This document shows positions 10,753 to 55,201 of a stretch of 64,000 nucleotides of DNA, in pieces. Numbering within the stretch: the first letter of the stretch is position 1; every line of letters starts with the position of its first letter. The translations under genes and the position numbers were made by a program. Source of the DNA: Lingula anatina. Its lineage: Eukaryota; Animalia; Brachiopoda. The stretch covers positions 3,344,587 through 3,408,586 of the forward strand of contig CM120648.1 in NCBI GenBank assembly GCA_051362555.1. The letters run 5' to 3'. Under the pieces are notes generated by a model, which saw only the letters and a program-made list of their open reading frames with translations, had not been told where the DNA came from and searched no databases.

Positions 10753-11516
10753 GTTGACGTGTCCATTGCGCCCTGTGTTCATGGTTAAATTATTTGTTTG
10801 GGAATCAGACTTTTAGAAATTGGGACATAGTTTCCAAAGAAAATTTATTCATCCCGTCTTAGTGTGGAATAGATGAAACCACTTCTATAAAACCTGGAAG
10901 TGTGAAATTTCTTTCTAATCAAAGTAAAGGCATTTCATAGCACGTGCCCAGATATTAAGCGACTGTCACTTATTAAAGCGTGATTTTCAGGGTACTTCAC
11001 GTGTGTTTCCGGGCCGTCGCAGCTTGCCTTTAGGGATTCATAATCACGCCTGTCAGGGGCACTGCTAGGTGGACCATGGCCTTAAGAACGCACAACATGT
11101 AACCATCTACAGTTGCGTGACACGTTATCCATTGTCAGGGCACAGCAGTGCGGATGCCAAGGCCCCGATCACGGTGAATGGATTGGCTATGGATTTTTAA
11201 ATATCATAAAAGCCGGTTATTACAACTATGAAAAAACGGTAACTGCTGGTAAGGGAACGGCGAAGCCTCTGAGATGGCCTTCAGCAAGGTTGGCTTACAT
11301 TTCTGCGTTCCTCCGAATAATGCTCATTACAAAATAGTTTTTTGTTCTTGCTGTTTGATTCTTTTTTGGATTTATTATAATAATAATTATTTTTTTCTTT
11401 TATCAGCTAATAGCATCGTTAGCATTTCGTCATTGCAAAAGTTTATACTGCATACGTGTACATTTACGAATTTTGTAATTAGAGCTGCAGGGTGCAAAAA
11501 ATAAAATAAAATAAAA

Positions 11517-11560
<44 letters not shown>

Positions 11561-14453
11561 CGATTCAAAAAATTCAAAAATAATAAAAAAAGACCACAAA
11601 AGACAATCACGCAAGGGTAGGTTAAGATGGCATTAACAATAATGTTAAATTAACGTGCAACAACTGAATGTGAATACAATAAACATACATACAAGGGACT
11701 GGGCCAAATAACAGCTGTTCACACTGTACACAGGCTCCCATAATGAAAAGGTCATTCGGTATAAAGGTCATTCGTTCCAAAGTCGTGTCAGCAAGAGTTT
11801 TCTTTTCAGCACGTGCTATTGAGCAAACTTAGCTCATTCAATGTAGAATATCGCGATTTAGGAACAGTATATCCAGCCTGGGAAATCTTTTTTTAATGTT
11901 TCAGGTCATTAAAGTAGTCATTTCATATTCCCTAAATTTTAATTTCCTCAGATAGAAATAAAGTAGTTCTAGTTGTCGCCCAAGGGAAGAGACTAAACAT
12001 CAAATTTGAACCCTACCCTCAGACTTTACCCCAGCAAAAGGTGTTCAAACTCTCAGAAACATATATCGTGAGAAGGTGACAGTGTATTATTTGACATACA
12101 AACCGAGAGAAAGAAGTCGTATTTCACCCTCTCAAACACCTCTAAAACCGAATAAAGGGTATAGCGCCATTGTCCCATCACATGTCTAGGCCTATCTCCG
12201 TGGTTATACGTACCTAAACACATATCATGACACATGAAATCACTGTATTGCGCATTTCTAGAATATCTTTTATAGAGAAACACACAGCAGTCATTTTATT
12301 CTATAAAAATGTTCTCATAACCTCAGTACGTACAACGTTAAATGATGAACCGTTATATCTTGCGTTGGACCGTAAGCACCTCTGCTAACTCCACTTGACC
12401 AGCAGAATGCCTTAAGTCGCTTTAAGTGGTGCTTGAGATGCTTACTGACCAGCGTAGAAAGCAACGTCGCTGGAAATACTCGTATAGTGATGCAAATTCT
12501 GTTTATTTTCAACTGCGACCATTCACATAATTTGAACTAGTTTGAACTCTCTGTTCAAACCACCGTATTCAAACCTTTTATTTTTTCAGTTCTTTCTTTT
12601 CATCTCCGCGTGCAGAGAATAGGGCCTACCTTTTATAAGCATTGAAATCAAAATGCTCTTAACATCGCATGTTTAATTTTTATGTCTGTTATCAATACAA
12701 CCAGTTTTTAAATACCAGAAATTCTCCTTCAAGGTGTTTAATGCAGCAACCTTGGATATTTTTTGTTACATTCATAGGCCTACTATGCTTTCCCAAGCTC
12801 TGCGTTGATCGGAACAACCTTTCACGGTCCATCATACGTTTTATTACAGATCACGGCAAGTTTTCACGCAGAATAGTCGTAAATGGGACCTCAGCATTTG
12901 CCGTTTCATACCCCTTCCAGCAACTGTGAAAGTTACCCACAATATCATTTAGCAATTAGTTGACACGAAGCTTTTTTAGTGTTGATGTAATAGCTTTGCA
13001 CCGAAATAGACGTTTGGAATGAAGTTAGTGGTGTGACTTGTTTAAAGACTGCACGCTCAGGTGGATATGTTTCGCACTTCATCATGCGACATTTCATGTT
13101 CTTAATTTTTAAGACAGAAGGCGACGACGACAGCGCTACTAAGGCCTACGTCTTCTGCGCTGGTCAAAAACCCGTGTGACCGTGTCTTTTTCACATAAAA
13201 GACGAAAAGTCTTAACTAAGACTACGTCGACAAATTAGAATTACCTCCACAAAGCATCACTCTTTTGAGTTAAACCCATAGAGCAATTTAAAGTTTTCTT
13301 TAATTAACAATTTGTTTTTTTCCCTCTCTCTCGCTCTTTGGTTACAACAACCCATTTAGGTTTGTCACCTCCACTGATTATCAACTTTTATGTTTCTCGT
13401 CTCTCTACACGTTGCCTATCAACTGTTTGGGAGAATTCATGAAGGGAAGTGATGCCACCAGCTCGGAACATGGCAACTTTTCTTGGTCAAGTCCTAAAAC
13501 TAAATATCTTCAGAGACACACTTTGGGAAGACCTTGGCCCACTGGTGCGGGTCTTAGTGTTGGCACTGACGACAGAGCCATAACTGTCGCGGTTGCTTCT
13601 AGCTCCGCTGTGGTTCGAGGAGTTCCGGTCCGTCTGCATGAAGAGCAGGTTAGGGAGGGGGGGGGGGGTTATCAGAGCCTAAAGAACCAGACAGTCTAAC
13701 AGAAATTAAGTTAAAACAAGCATTTTGGCAAAAATTTAATTTGTAACAAACTTTGTCGTATGAATATATTCGTTATAACCAGAGCCCTGAGTTTGTGTAA
13801 CTCGAGACATAGGTCTATAGGCTATACATTTTAGGATCCCACTCCCCAATATTTTTAAACGCGTTCATTTTGATATTTTAATATTAAAAGAAATATGTTG
13901 TGAAGGATCTCAATCCTTTGCCAAGAGACAGTATTTTTATTTTATCATAAAGCATATTTATGAACACCTGCATTTACCCTGTATCGTAATATTGATAATA
14001 AGCGTAAAAATTATTCTCATTAGTATTATTGTTAATCGGTTTCAGAGGTACTACACTATGTACTGGTTGTGCTAGTTGAGCCAACACAATCACTGTGTTG
14101 TTAATTTCTGTAAACAACATTTACGCTGATTTTACATTAGCGTCAAACAAGCTTGGTGAAGAAGTGCTGATCTTTATAATCTCATAAATTATTCAAATCT
14201 CTTTTCTTGTTTGTCATGACTTTATGCTTAAAGATACATTTGTCTTCGTAAAAACGACTATGTGCGATGTGATATTCGAAAATAAGCTTCTGTCGGAAAG
14301 TGACTCCGTATGTTGAATGAAGGCTGACAGTACATGTAGGTCATTGATTAACTTAACGTGTTTAAGTCTTCCATTTGTTGCTAATTAACTTCAAAATTGC
14401 AGAATGACATAACCAGTGCATCAACAACACAGTGAGAGGGTATTCAACACAAG

Positions 14454-44483
<30,030 letters not shown>

Positions 44484-44501
44484 GTGGGTAATTGCTGGTG
44501 G

Positions 44502-44633
<132 letters not shown>

Positions 44634-45729
44634 GGATGGGCGGATGGGCATGTATGTGTGCATGAATGAGAGCACACAGATATACCTGAGCAGTGTTTTA
44701 TACAATTAAGGTTGAAGTCAATAGGAAGTGAAAAATATCTTGTCAATGAGAAGGAAAGTTTGGTGCAGAATTCTGGTGTGTGCAATTTATTTACTGTAAT
44801 ATTGTGCAGTCACTTGACAGACAAGTGCAAATTCTCATGCTTTTAGAGGAGGTCATTGATATAAATATTATTATTATTATTATTATTTTTTTTTTTGGGG
44901 GGGGGGGGGGGCTCAAGGGTCTCCCAACTCCAGGCACTGCAGCCAATTTTCATAAAGAACAGCATTTTCACTCTTCTTCATACACTGCATGATTGTAATG
45001 TTTTCTTTGTTAAATATTTGACAAATATTTTATGTCAGTGTGTTATATTGAGATCATTTTCTGTCAATTTGAGTTTGTAATCAAATACTTTGTGTGGTAA
45101 AGATAGTAGCAGTTAACAGTAGCTGTATGGCCCCAGCTGCATCTTTTGTTGTTGGACAAAAATGAAGTCATTCAGGAATTTTATTCAGAGCTGTTGGTTA
45201 TTTGGTGTGCAAACATGAAATCTGTCAAAATAGTTCAGATATTGTTTTTCGTTGAGATATTTGCTCCCATCTGGATATCTTCAGTGACACCCAGATGTTA
45301 TTAGCAGTCTCAACTGTTTATTTTCTGTTTGCTGCTTGCTACACTGAAAAAAAGTTATAAGGAATATTTTTCTTTTATAATTGTCACACTTTTATGTTTA
45401 TTTTTGATTTCTCTTTGTCAAAACTCCTTTGTTAAAATTTTTGCTGAAATGTCAACTCACAATGTTCAGTTTGTTATAAGTCTAGGCGTGTGTTTGAAAA
45501 GAGTGACTAGTTCTCCTTCATTCGTTCATTTATATTTGTAATCACTGGCCATTGTTTTGTTTGCCTTATGTAAATAATGTCCATTTTGGCATCCAGAATG
45601 TCTTCAATTTGAGATGGACCTTAATGTGGCCATATGTCCAAAATCTTCATGTGTGTTGTGTGGTAAGCTCTTGGCTGGTTTTCAGTTTGGCACAGAGAAT
45701 ATCTCATTGATGTGACTCGGTTTACTTTA

Positions 45730-46871
45730 GGCCACACTTTTTTATTTTTATGGATGACATCCTGCGCGCGCACCGATTTTCGTCCGTTCTCAAAAAAAAA
45801 AAAAAAAATCCCCCCCCCGACCCCCCCCCCCCCCCCATCGAAGTCGGTTGTCGCAAACGTCGTTATTGAATTTGCTGGAAAATGTGCTTTCTGCGCATGC
45901 GTATTACTGCCATGTGGAAATATGGCCGCTTTGCCATCAAATTCATCTCTAGGATTACTTTCAAATTACAGGACAATTAATTATATAAAGTCATAAAGAG
46001 AATGGGCCGTCGTTTTGGATTGTTATGCCATTGATATTAAGCATGGAGATATCCACTTTTTTACAATTATGCAAAAGGCTGGCGGCGGCCAGCAATTATC
46101 GCTCGGAAAATTTCAGTGATATTCTGTCCAAAGCAACACATACCAGTTTTTTTTTGTAGTGAAAAAAAAAAGGGTCGACAGGTATTTGGTGGGCTGTAGG
46201 TCGGTCAGGCCACCCGACAGTTTGGCTGCAGCATGTGAGTCGAAGTAGACCAAATGGCATCGACCGAAATGACCTTTTAAACGATTGGTAGTATTAAGCA
46301 TATCTTTGCATCATTTTTTAACATTTCTGTGTAGTGTTCATAATGCTTTAATATTCTGAGAGTACAAATAAAGACATGCTGTTTGTTTGATATTTGTTTT
46401 ATTGATTGTTATACCAACAAAATGCATGAAATAACCTTAAATAGATTGGGTAATATGCAGCATGTCTATCAGGCCCGTAGCCAGCAATTTCAAAATGGGG
46501 GGGGGGGGGGGGGTTGAAAAAGTGGACCATTTTCCATAAAAACTTAATATATCTAGATCAAATTTTACCCAGAGTGGACCTTTTCCCAGCAAAAGGGGTG
46601 GTTCTTTCTAACCCCCTGGCTACGGGCCCATCTATTCATGACTTTTTTTTACCTTTCTACGAAGTATTCACAATGCTTTAATATTTTGAGAGCATGGATA
46701 AAGACATATTGTTAGTTTGATACGTGTTTCTGTGTTTCCAGCTGTGTACTGACAGCATTCCTTTACTTAAGCAGCCTTTTTTTTTTGGACTGTTTTTTTT
46801 TTTTTTCGCCCTCTCGCACCGATTTCAGGGTCCCCAGAGGATGTCATCCATAAAAATAAAAAAGTGTGGCC
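45730..46871. mobile_element. Non-autonomous PIF/Harbinger element, 1142 bp
   Basis: Perfect ~34-bp TIRs GGCCACACTTTTTTATTTTTATGGATGACATCCT; TTA duplication at 45727-29 and 46872-74. Confidence 0.88.
46470..46630. mobile_element. hAT-like MITE with 5-bp TSD, nested in the Harbinger element
   Basis: Ends CAGGCCCGTAGCCAG / CTGGCTACGGGCCCA; TCTAT on both sides; same family as 15713-15870. Confidence 0.78.
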
Positions 46872-47634
46872 TTAGGCTGCTAAAATTAAAAAAGACAACT
46901 ACAAATACAGAGTTGACTTTGAGACATTAGTATCAGAGTACTTTGTAATTACTAAACAATTATCCATAATAAATGTAGTTGGCATGCCTGCATGTATATT
47001 GACAACACCGAGGGTAAAATCCATTGTCAAGAAAAATACTATTTGTCCCTGGGTCTTAATTAAAAAAAAAAAAACATAACTAAGAAGGGGTTTTTCAGAT
47101 TTTTCTGAAAGCAATTTATTCATCTAAACCCCCAAGCAGTCTTTTCTCTGAAGGATTTTAGTTGTTTTATGAAAAATAACCCTGGAGAACATTTTAATGC
47201 ATTTCAACCGATGAAAAAAGTTAAAGATGGTATATGACTTACTGTGGCATATGGGTTGCTAGATGGGCTTAAGACCTTCATTAAAAAATTGGTCAAAATG
47301 TTTAGACCAAAATTATAGTCCATTTTGAGCCAAGATAAATAAAAAGTAATAGACAAGGATGTATTGTTATTTTGGCTAACTTGTTTATTCATTCATTCAT
47401 GATTTTTGAATATATATATATATATTTTTTTCAAATTAATTTATTTATTCGTTTTTCATTTATTCATTTCTTCTTACTGTAGAGCTACAGTCAAGTTTTT
47501 TGACTATGTGTGATTGCAGAACATAGTGGCCACAGTTTAGCTGTTATAGTAATCTGGGGAGCAACATTATCACTGGCCTCGTGGGTGTAATGTCATGGCG
47601 TTGGTAGCTTAACAGATGTGTCACATTCTTGCTA

Positions 47635-48348
<714 letters not shown>

Positions 48349-50049
48349 TAATAGAAAAATGAAAATAAAGTTAAATAATGAAAAATAGATGAGAAGAATA
48401 CCTCACTAAACCTCTGTTGAAAGATAGACAAATGTTTAGTTGTATAAATAAAGAAAATACGAAAAATAGAAGTGAAATAAATTAACAATAGATGAATTAA
48501 TACCTCATTAAACCTCTCTTGGAAGATATTCTGGGCCCCATATTTTTCCCTCCACACACTGCCTCGACATCTAGAGCCCAGTTGGTAACATTTGACTGTG
48601 TTGATGTGGAACAGGTTTTTCTTTAATCAGTTTAACAAGAAGTAATTTCATGCAACTGCATGTGCTTGGCACAAGGTATGCATTAAGGTTTAAGGTCTTG
48701 AAATTAAGTTTATAGTAGCAAAAGGGTTTGCGCACTGAGAGAGAAGTAGGGCATACAGTAAAGAAAAAAAGATGAACGTGATAAAAACGTAGTATTCAGT
48801 TTATTATAAATTAACCACACCCAAACAAATGCTTGCTAAAAACAGCACTGGTTGTTTATAAAAGTCTACAATCTCATACAGCAAGAATAAGCTAGATACG
48901 GTAAATGTTCTAAAGTTTATTACAACCAGAAAAACACTAAAAAATGCGATATTGTCATTTGTTTCTATACAATAACTGTATGTTGAATTTTGTCAGTCCT
49001 TAACTTTGTCTACTACTCCTTAAAAAGTTTGTACAAATTCTTACAGAAAGGACATTTTAATCATATTGTGAAGTTTACTTTTTATACAGAAAAATGTGTC
49101 ACTGAATAATATATCAATTTATCTCTGATTATTAAATATGTAGTGATTGGTGTAGTAAATGCATTTGCCATATACCTAAGAAAATATGCATTTATGCAGA
49201 TCAAACTATTTACTGTTCGTTCTTCTGTGAAAGGAGTACACTTCACACACATTGATAAAAGACAGCATATCGTCTAAATATCCTACCTGGTGTACATGAT
49301 ACAACTTTGACAAGAGGGAAATGATAAAAGTACTAGTCTTCTTAGTCCAACAAATATGCTCAGAATGAAAGGCATTTATAATTAGTTACTAAGCATTAGT
49401 CAATCTAGATAAAAGACTCAGTCTGATTTGAAGGCTGTTAGCCTAGTAGATAAAAGACTCGGTCTGATTGGAGGGCTATCACCCTGAATTGCTGGATCCG
49501 CCCCTGGTTGCATAGCATACTATAGGACCTGATACTAACAAACATTACATCATATCTCACTCACACAGTGCCATATGTTTCTAGTGCAATCTGAAAGGTG
49601 GAAATCATCTATTGCACATCTAACACACTTCACACCTAACGCATTATCACAGACAAACTAATGTGTTTTTCTACTATCTGTTAATCATGAATAATGGGCT
49701 AGCCTGTATATGGTAATTGCTCATTAAATCCGAATAAAATCTATTTTGTTATTTCTGCTTATATAGTTTGTAATTACTTGAAGTAGTTGATTCACTGTTT
49801 CTGACAGGTCTGTTGATTTCTTGTCAGAGAGTAAATTTTTATGAGTAACCGAAACTGATAAATCTTTCAAAAAATAAAATATTGGAAAAAGTATGCTGTT
49901 TAAAAAAAATTGAATAATTACCATACACTTACATTTCAGTAAGGAATTATTAGATCCCACAATAATTACAAAGGACACTAATTACACCTGTTGTTTTTTG
50001 CACATGATTGGGCTGCTGAGAGTATGTCAGTTCTTAATAAACAAACAAA

Positions 50050-50092
<43 letters not shown>

Positions 50093-50516
50093 GAAAGATG
50101 CAAACAAAACTACCAGCTCACTACTGAGTACTCCCAGCACAATATTTTGTTGATTTTTAAGGATTTGATTTGAAATACCTGAGAACTGAGCTGGGTTCAG
50201 GTTCAACATTAGCCTTACAGGGACAATGTTACCATTGCTATTCACTGGAAAGGGAAAGCCTCAAAAGTTGTATTTGATAGTCAGAAAATAACATAATTGT
50301 CAAATTGAGTAATTTCTTTCCTTTACAAAGAAAAGAAAAAAATTCTGCCTGTCAGTATAGTTCAAATATTTGTATGAATATGGTTTTTGTATCACCATTA
50401 TAAACAGCTGTACAAGATGTTTTATAGGCGATATGGTAGTTCATATTGCAAACATAATACAGATCTACAGATGAGGTACAGTTTATATTACACTGTCGGC
50501 TCTACCTTCACTAATG

Positions 50517-52316
50517 CTACCATTCTGATTTCTTATCTATTGTATTTTCAGTTCTCTCTTTACTGGTCTCCGTCTTTTTACTCACCAGGTTATAAGGATA
50601 CTGTGGATAACTCTTGGTGTTATTAAGTCCAATAGGAATTTCATCCGTATGTGTCCTTGATTGTGATTGGACAATGGGGTCAATCTGAGCCAAGTCTAAT
50701 TCGCTCAGCTGATTTAGTTGGGCTCCTTTGAATTTCAGCGGGAGAGCACACTTGATTTCCCAGCGCATGTAGACGTTGAGGCCAGGCGTGTACATCCAGC
50801 GTCGCATCCAAACTATGTCGCTGTCACAGTACCATGGGTTTCCTGTGAGTGTGATGCTCCGTAATTTGGGGAGGTAGTCTGGAAAGTGGACAGGCAGTCG
50901 GGATAGGCCCGCGTTCATTAAGTTTAGGTCTGTTAGAGTATTGAAATAGCCTGCATTCAGGTCCCAAGATAACATTTTCGCCACAATGAGAGGACTGCCA
51001 GTTAAATCGAGAAAACGCAATGATTTCATATCCTTGAACAAGCCTGAAGGAACGTAATCCAGTTTGTCCAGGTTTCTGATCTTTAGCATAATGAGACCGG
51101 AAAGTTCATCCAGTGCCATGGGGTCTAGAACGAGGGTGGGGTTGTCTGAGAGATCCAGGGACTGTAGTCGCGACATCCCTGCAAATGCACGCACTTCGAT
51201 TTGAGCGATACTGTTCTTCTCCAGGTCCAAGTTGCGTAGATTTACGAGCCCCTTAAATGTGCGTTTGGTTATTTTTTTGATACGATTCTTCTGAAGGTAT
51301 AGTGATGAGAGGGACCAGTGATGACGGAAAATATTTTCTGGAATATTGTAGATATTGTTTTCCTCCAAATGCAGAATTCGTAGGCGGCTTGGAATACGTT
51401 TTGGGAGCAGAGAAAGGTAATTTTTATTCAACCACAGTTCCTGAAGTTGACGCATATGGCGGAAGGCTTCATTGTGAATATACTCCAGTGAATTGTTTGC
51501 CAAATTGAGTTTACTCAGTCGTGTATTTTGACGAAAATCATTTGCACTAATGTACCTTATATTGTTGTGCCCCATGCGAATATCTTGTAGTGATTTAGGT
51601 AGTCCCTCTACAACCTGCCCAAGTTGACAGAATTCTAAGTCAATCAGGGACAACTTGCTGCTATCAAATTTCAGGCTCATTAAATCAGTGAGGGGATTGT
51701 TATTGAGTTTAAGGTACCGTAACCTCCGCAGGTTGCGAAAGGCATTGGAATCAATGGCGGAGATGTCATTATGGCTGAGGTCAAGGTACCGCAACCTGAT
51801 GTTCTCTATGAAAGTTTTCTCGGTGATAGTTTGTAGGTTGTTGTATTTCAAGTTAAGTATTGTGATCCTCCTGAGTCCTCTAAATAGGCCCTCTACATCT
51901 ACAAGAGCGTTGTTGGCCAGCGTAATAGCCTGAAGACTCCGTGCTCCACGGAACATGCCCCTCGGCAACTTCTCTAGCTTGTTCTTGCTTAGATCCATAC
52001 CTGCAAGGTTTCTGAAGTTTGCAAAAATCCCGTCCTCGATGGAAGAGATACGGTTGCTTGCAAGCATGAGGGTCTGCAGACGAGTCAGGTGTGCCAGTGA
52101 CGCACGCGTCAGGTTTGTTATTAAGTTATTGTGGGCATCGAGGTGTGTCAGTGTTGGCAAGAAATCGTCCGGGATTTCCTTCAGGTACATGCCATTGCAG
52201 TAGGCTCTGTTTGCCATGCAGGGGCATTTTCTAGAGCAAAGCCCACTGACCTTATTAAGATTCCAGGCCAAGCCTAATAAAACAATTAAAAGCCAATAAA
52301 AACTTGACCCCTTCAT
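50517..52316 (-). CDS. Secreted leucine-rich-repeat protein (signal peptide, LRRNT, about 17 LRRs, LRRCT), 599 aa, single coding exon
   Basis: First ATG at 52316 (MKGSSFYWLLIVLLGLAW); N-cap CSRKCPCMANRAYC; LxxLxLxxNxL repeats; C-cap GNPWYCD...IKCALP; no transmembrane helix. Confidence 0.93.
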   Translation of the reverse strand: MKGSSFYWLLIVLLGLAWNLNKVSGLCSRKCPCMANRAYCNGMYLKEIPDDFLPTLTHLDAHNNLITNLTRASLAHLTRLQTLMLASNRISSIEDGIFANFRNLAGMDLSKNKLEKLPRGMFRGARSLQAITLANNALVDVEGLFRGLRRITILNLKYNNLQTITEKTFIENIRLRYLDLSHNDISAIDSNAFRNLRRLRYLKLNNNPLTDLMSLKFDSSKLSLIDLEFCQLGQVVEGLPKSLQDIRMGHNNIRYISANDFRQNTRLSKLNLANNSLEYIHNEAFRHMRQLQELWLNKNYLSLLPKRIPSRLRILHLEENNIYNIPENIFRHHWSLSSLYLQKNRIKKITKRTFKGLVNLRNLDLEKNSIAQIEVRAFAGMSRLQSLDLSDNPTLVLDPMALDELSGLIMLKIRNLDKLDYVPSGLFKDMKSLRFLDLTGSPLIVAKMLSWDLNAGYFNTLTDLNLMNAGLSRLPVHFPDYLPKLRSITLTGNPWYCDSDIVWMRRWMYTPGLNVYMRWEIKCALPLKFKGAQLNQLSELDLAQIDPIVQSQSRTHTDEIPIGLNNTKSYPQYPYNLVSKKTETSKERTENTIDKKSEW

Positions 52317-52618
52317 ACTGATGTTTACATAATATGACTCCTCTCCCACAATATTTGCTGTTGTTTTTTTTTCTCTCCTTCAATTACTCAGCTGACTGAG
52401 AAGAACTTTGTCTCAGTTGTTGTCGCTGTCTAATTTTTTCCCTTGTCCTTGCGTTCCTCCGGCTCTGAATATTCTGTGTGTATTATTAACCTAATCCTCT
52501 CTCATTGTTACAACTTAGTGCTCGTTCCATTATGTGAAATTTCAAAGCAGGGCTGTAATTTCCTTTCAATGGTGGTTGTAAACTAGTCTCTTTTCCCTCC
52601 AGCTAATATATTTAGAAC

Positions 52619-53092
52619 CTGTAACAGTAGTATGGGGGGTAATATTAGTCAGTGTGCAAGCAGTTTAGTACTCAAATTTGGTGACCCTGAAAAAATTTCT
52701 AATCACAAATGGTATAGCGATATATAGCGCCTGTTTAGATTTTTCTCCCTTTTTCCTTTTTTTGTTTTTACTGATTTTGTTTGGTTAATCCATTGACTTT
52801 TGAAAAACAGTTAAATGTTTTCTATCCACAGATTTTGTGGTTTGTGGTTTTCTCCCCCTCTGTGTTGAAAAATGTGAAAAACCTTTCTTTGATGTTAGAG
52901 ATTATGAACTTTTTTCCCTGTGGTTATACCAGTACTGCTCTCGCAACTGACGTTTAAAGTGTGTGTATGGTGAATTTTACAACAAGCGTGTCACTGAGTT
53001 CAAAGCAAACTCCTTTTACTTCAAATTAACCTAAACCCTTTTATTACAGGCATACCATTCATGTAAAAAATTACAATAAATCTCAACCATAC
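52619..53092 (-). other. Probable 5'-UTR intron of the LRR gene
   Basis: Minus-strand CAG|GTATG donor at 53092; gactaat branch point and ttacag acceptor ending at 52619. Confidence 0.55.
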
Positions 53093-55201
53093 CTGCTAGT
53101 TCACGTTTGTCACTGAAAACTGCTAGACGGCTTGCCTTGTGGTCTAAACTTGAATAAGAAAGAGGTTGTATGTCCCTTGCTGGGAAGCTGATTGCACTGT
53201 CACAGGCAACTGTCTTTGTTATAGCAACATTAGTATGGGTGCTCTGTCTAGGGTGGGATCAGGTAGCTCAGCAGTAATCTTGAATAGCTGATTAATCCTC
53301 TCCCATGCTTTAAATAAAGGTGTATGGTTCTAGGTTCTTTGTCTTATAAAGAGAGAAAAAGTGAGTAAGAGAACGATGTTGAGGGTCTATTCTTTGGCTG
53401 CAGTTCTGTTCCCCTCTTCCACCCAGGCCCTCTCAAAATGTCATTCAGGTTTCTGAGACGTCTGAACTTTAATAGAAGGGATCTGTATTAAACCACTCTC
53501 TCCTGTCTAGGTAACGTTCCCTGCTGGGTAGAAGCCAGAAAAGCGTGAAGTCTGTAATTTTTTGTTGCTTTTTTTGTTGTAAAATTACCTCACAGTCTGC
53601 AAATCTACATAAAGTGTTTTTGTAATCATAGGATGGATCTCTGCCAGATAAAAGTTTCAGTTACAGTTGTTTTTTTTATCATAAAGTTAATCCACATGAC
53701 ATTGTTTTAATGTTCTCCCAAATTCATAGCAAATAGCTTAATCCAACTGTGAAAGATCAAACATGTTTATTTTTTTGTCCTCTATTTTTTTTCTTTTTTG
53801 ATGATGGAAGTGGTCCTCACTGTGCCTGCAATTGTTTATCCGTCTGCTTTAATCCCACAAGAAAAGGTTGTCCCAGTGACATCACACCCAAGTCTTTTCT
53901 AATCCAGTTATCCAAATATCCAATTATCAAGTTAAATATTCCACAGAAAATGTTTTTTTGAGTTCCAAATTCCATGTAGCATAAAACCACATCAAAGTTC
54001 ATACAATATTCTAGTCCTGTGTTTTTCCTCAATGAGTTAATTCCCTATACAATTACCATTCACTCTGTATCACTAAGGAAGGGTCACCTGCACCCATTGC
54101 TGTCTCTTGCCTGGTCAGTTGTTTGGTCAGAAATTAACTGACCACTCTGTTTATTGGCCACTACCAGTAGCCTGACCGCTCACCTTTCCCCAGCTGAAGT
54201 GCCCTGTGTACTGATCTCTGTAGAGAGTGTGCTCTAACTCTAATACCAACCTGTATATTAGGAGTGGGTGGGACCCGCATGTGATTGACAGTTCATGCCC
54301 ACATGTTGCATGCTAACTTATGGGCGGAGCCTAATGTGAATGTCACTTGGGGTTTTATGTTGCATTGTGATTTGCAGTATTTACACATTGTGGGAGGGGC
54401 TGTAGATAACTGGCAGGGAGGAGAGTGTCTAGCAGTACTGTGATTTCATTCTAGGGTATGTTTACTGGTCCTTATTTTCAATCAGATGTTAAAAGCCATA
54501 TGGGGAAGGGTTATCAATAGTCCCACTAGGATAATGACAGCAAATGCAGTTGGGAAAGAAACATGCAGATACTGATTGCTTCGTAAACCTGTTTAATCTC
54601 ACCAGTGACTCTTTTAATTATGGAAAAGGCCACAGCTTGATCTGTCTAAAACTGATAGTTAGCAGGGAGTTTGGAGTCTGAAAATTTTAATAAAAAACAC
54701 AAACCCTTGACAGGTCTTGTCAATCAGTCTGCGGGTAGCAATAGGTGTGATTGACAAGAATGCCTCATGACCATCCTCCCCCCCCCCCCCCCCCCCCCCC
54801 CCCCATATCAAAATAATCTGACCTTACTGATCAGAAAAGGTTTACAGAACTTACAGTTCATTTTTACAATACAGGCATATAGCTGCCAAGTCAATGTAAT
54901 GGCATTTAAGGAGGGGGGAGGGGGGCTATCAAACTACCGCAGATTTTCTCCATCTACCTAAATAACGAAGTACATTCCTATTTTACTGATGAATGATTCT
55001 GTTAACGTATTATGGTCTGAAACTTATGAAAATCACAGTGGCGTATCAGTGTTGATAACATGTGCTTGAATAATTGACTGCATTAATAAAGCTTAAGTTG
55101 AAGTTTGATTCAGCTAGTTGAATGCCATGAGGATATCAACTTCACGGGTATTGTCACTACTGAAAATTTGAACACATTTGTTTACTTAAGTCATTGATTT
55201 A

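Noticed and set aside
13412-13699. 95-aa ORF upstream of ACAP
   Set aside because: Non-ATG start, no recognisable homology, runs through poly-G; more likely UTR or promoter.
52317-52349. N-terminal extension of the LRR ORF shown in the track
   Set aside because: It starts at GTG; the ATG at 52316 directly precedes the signal peptide.
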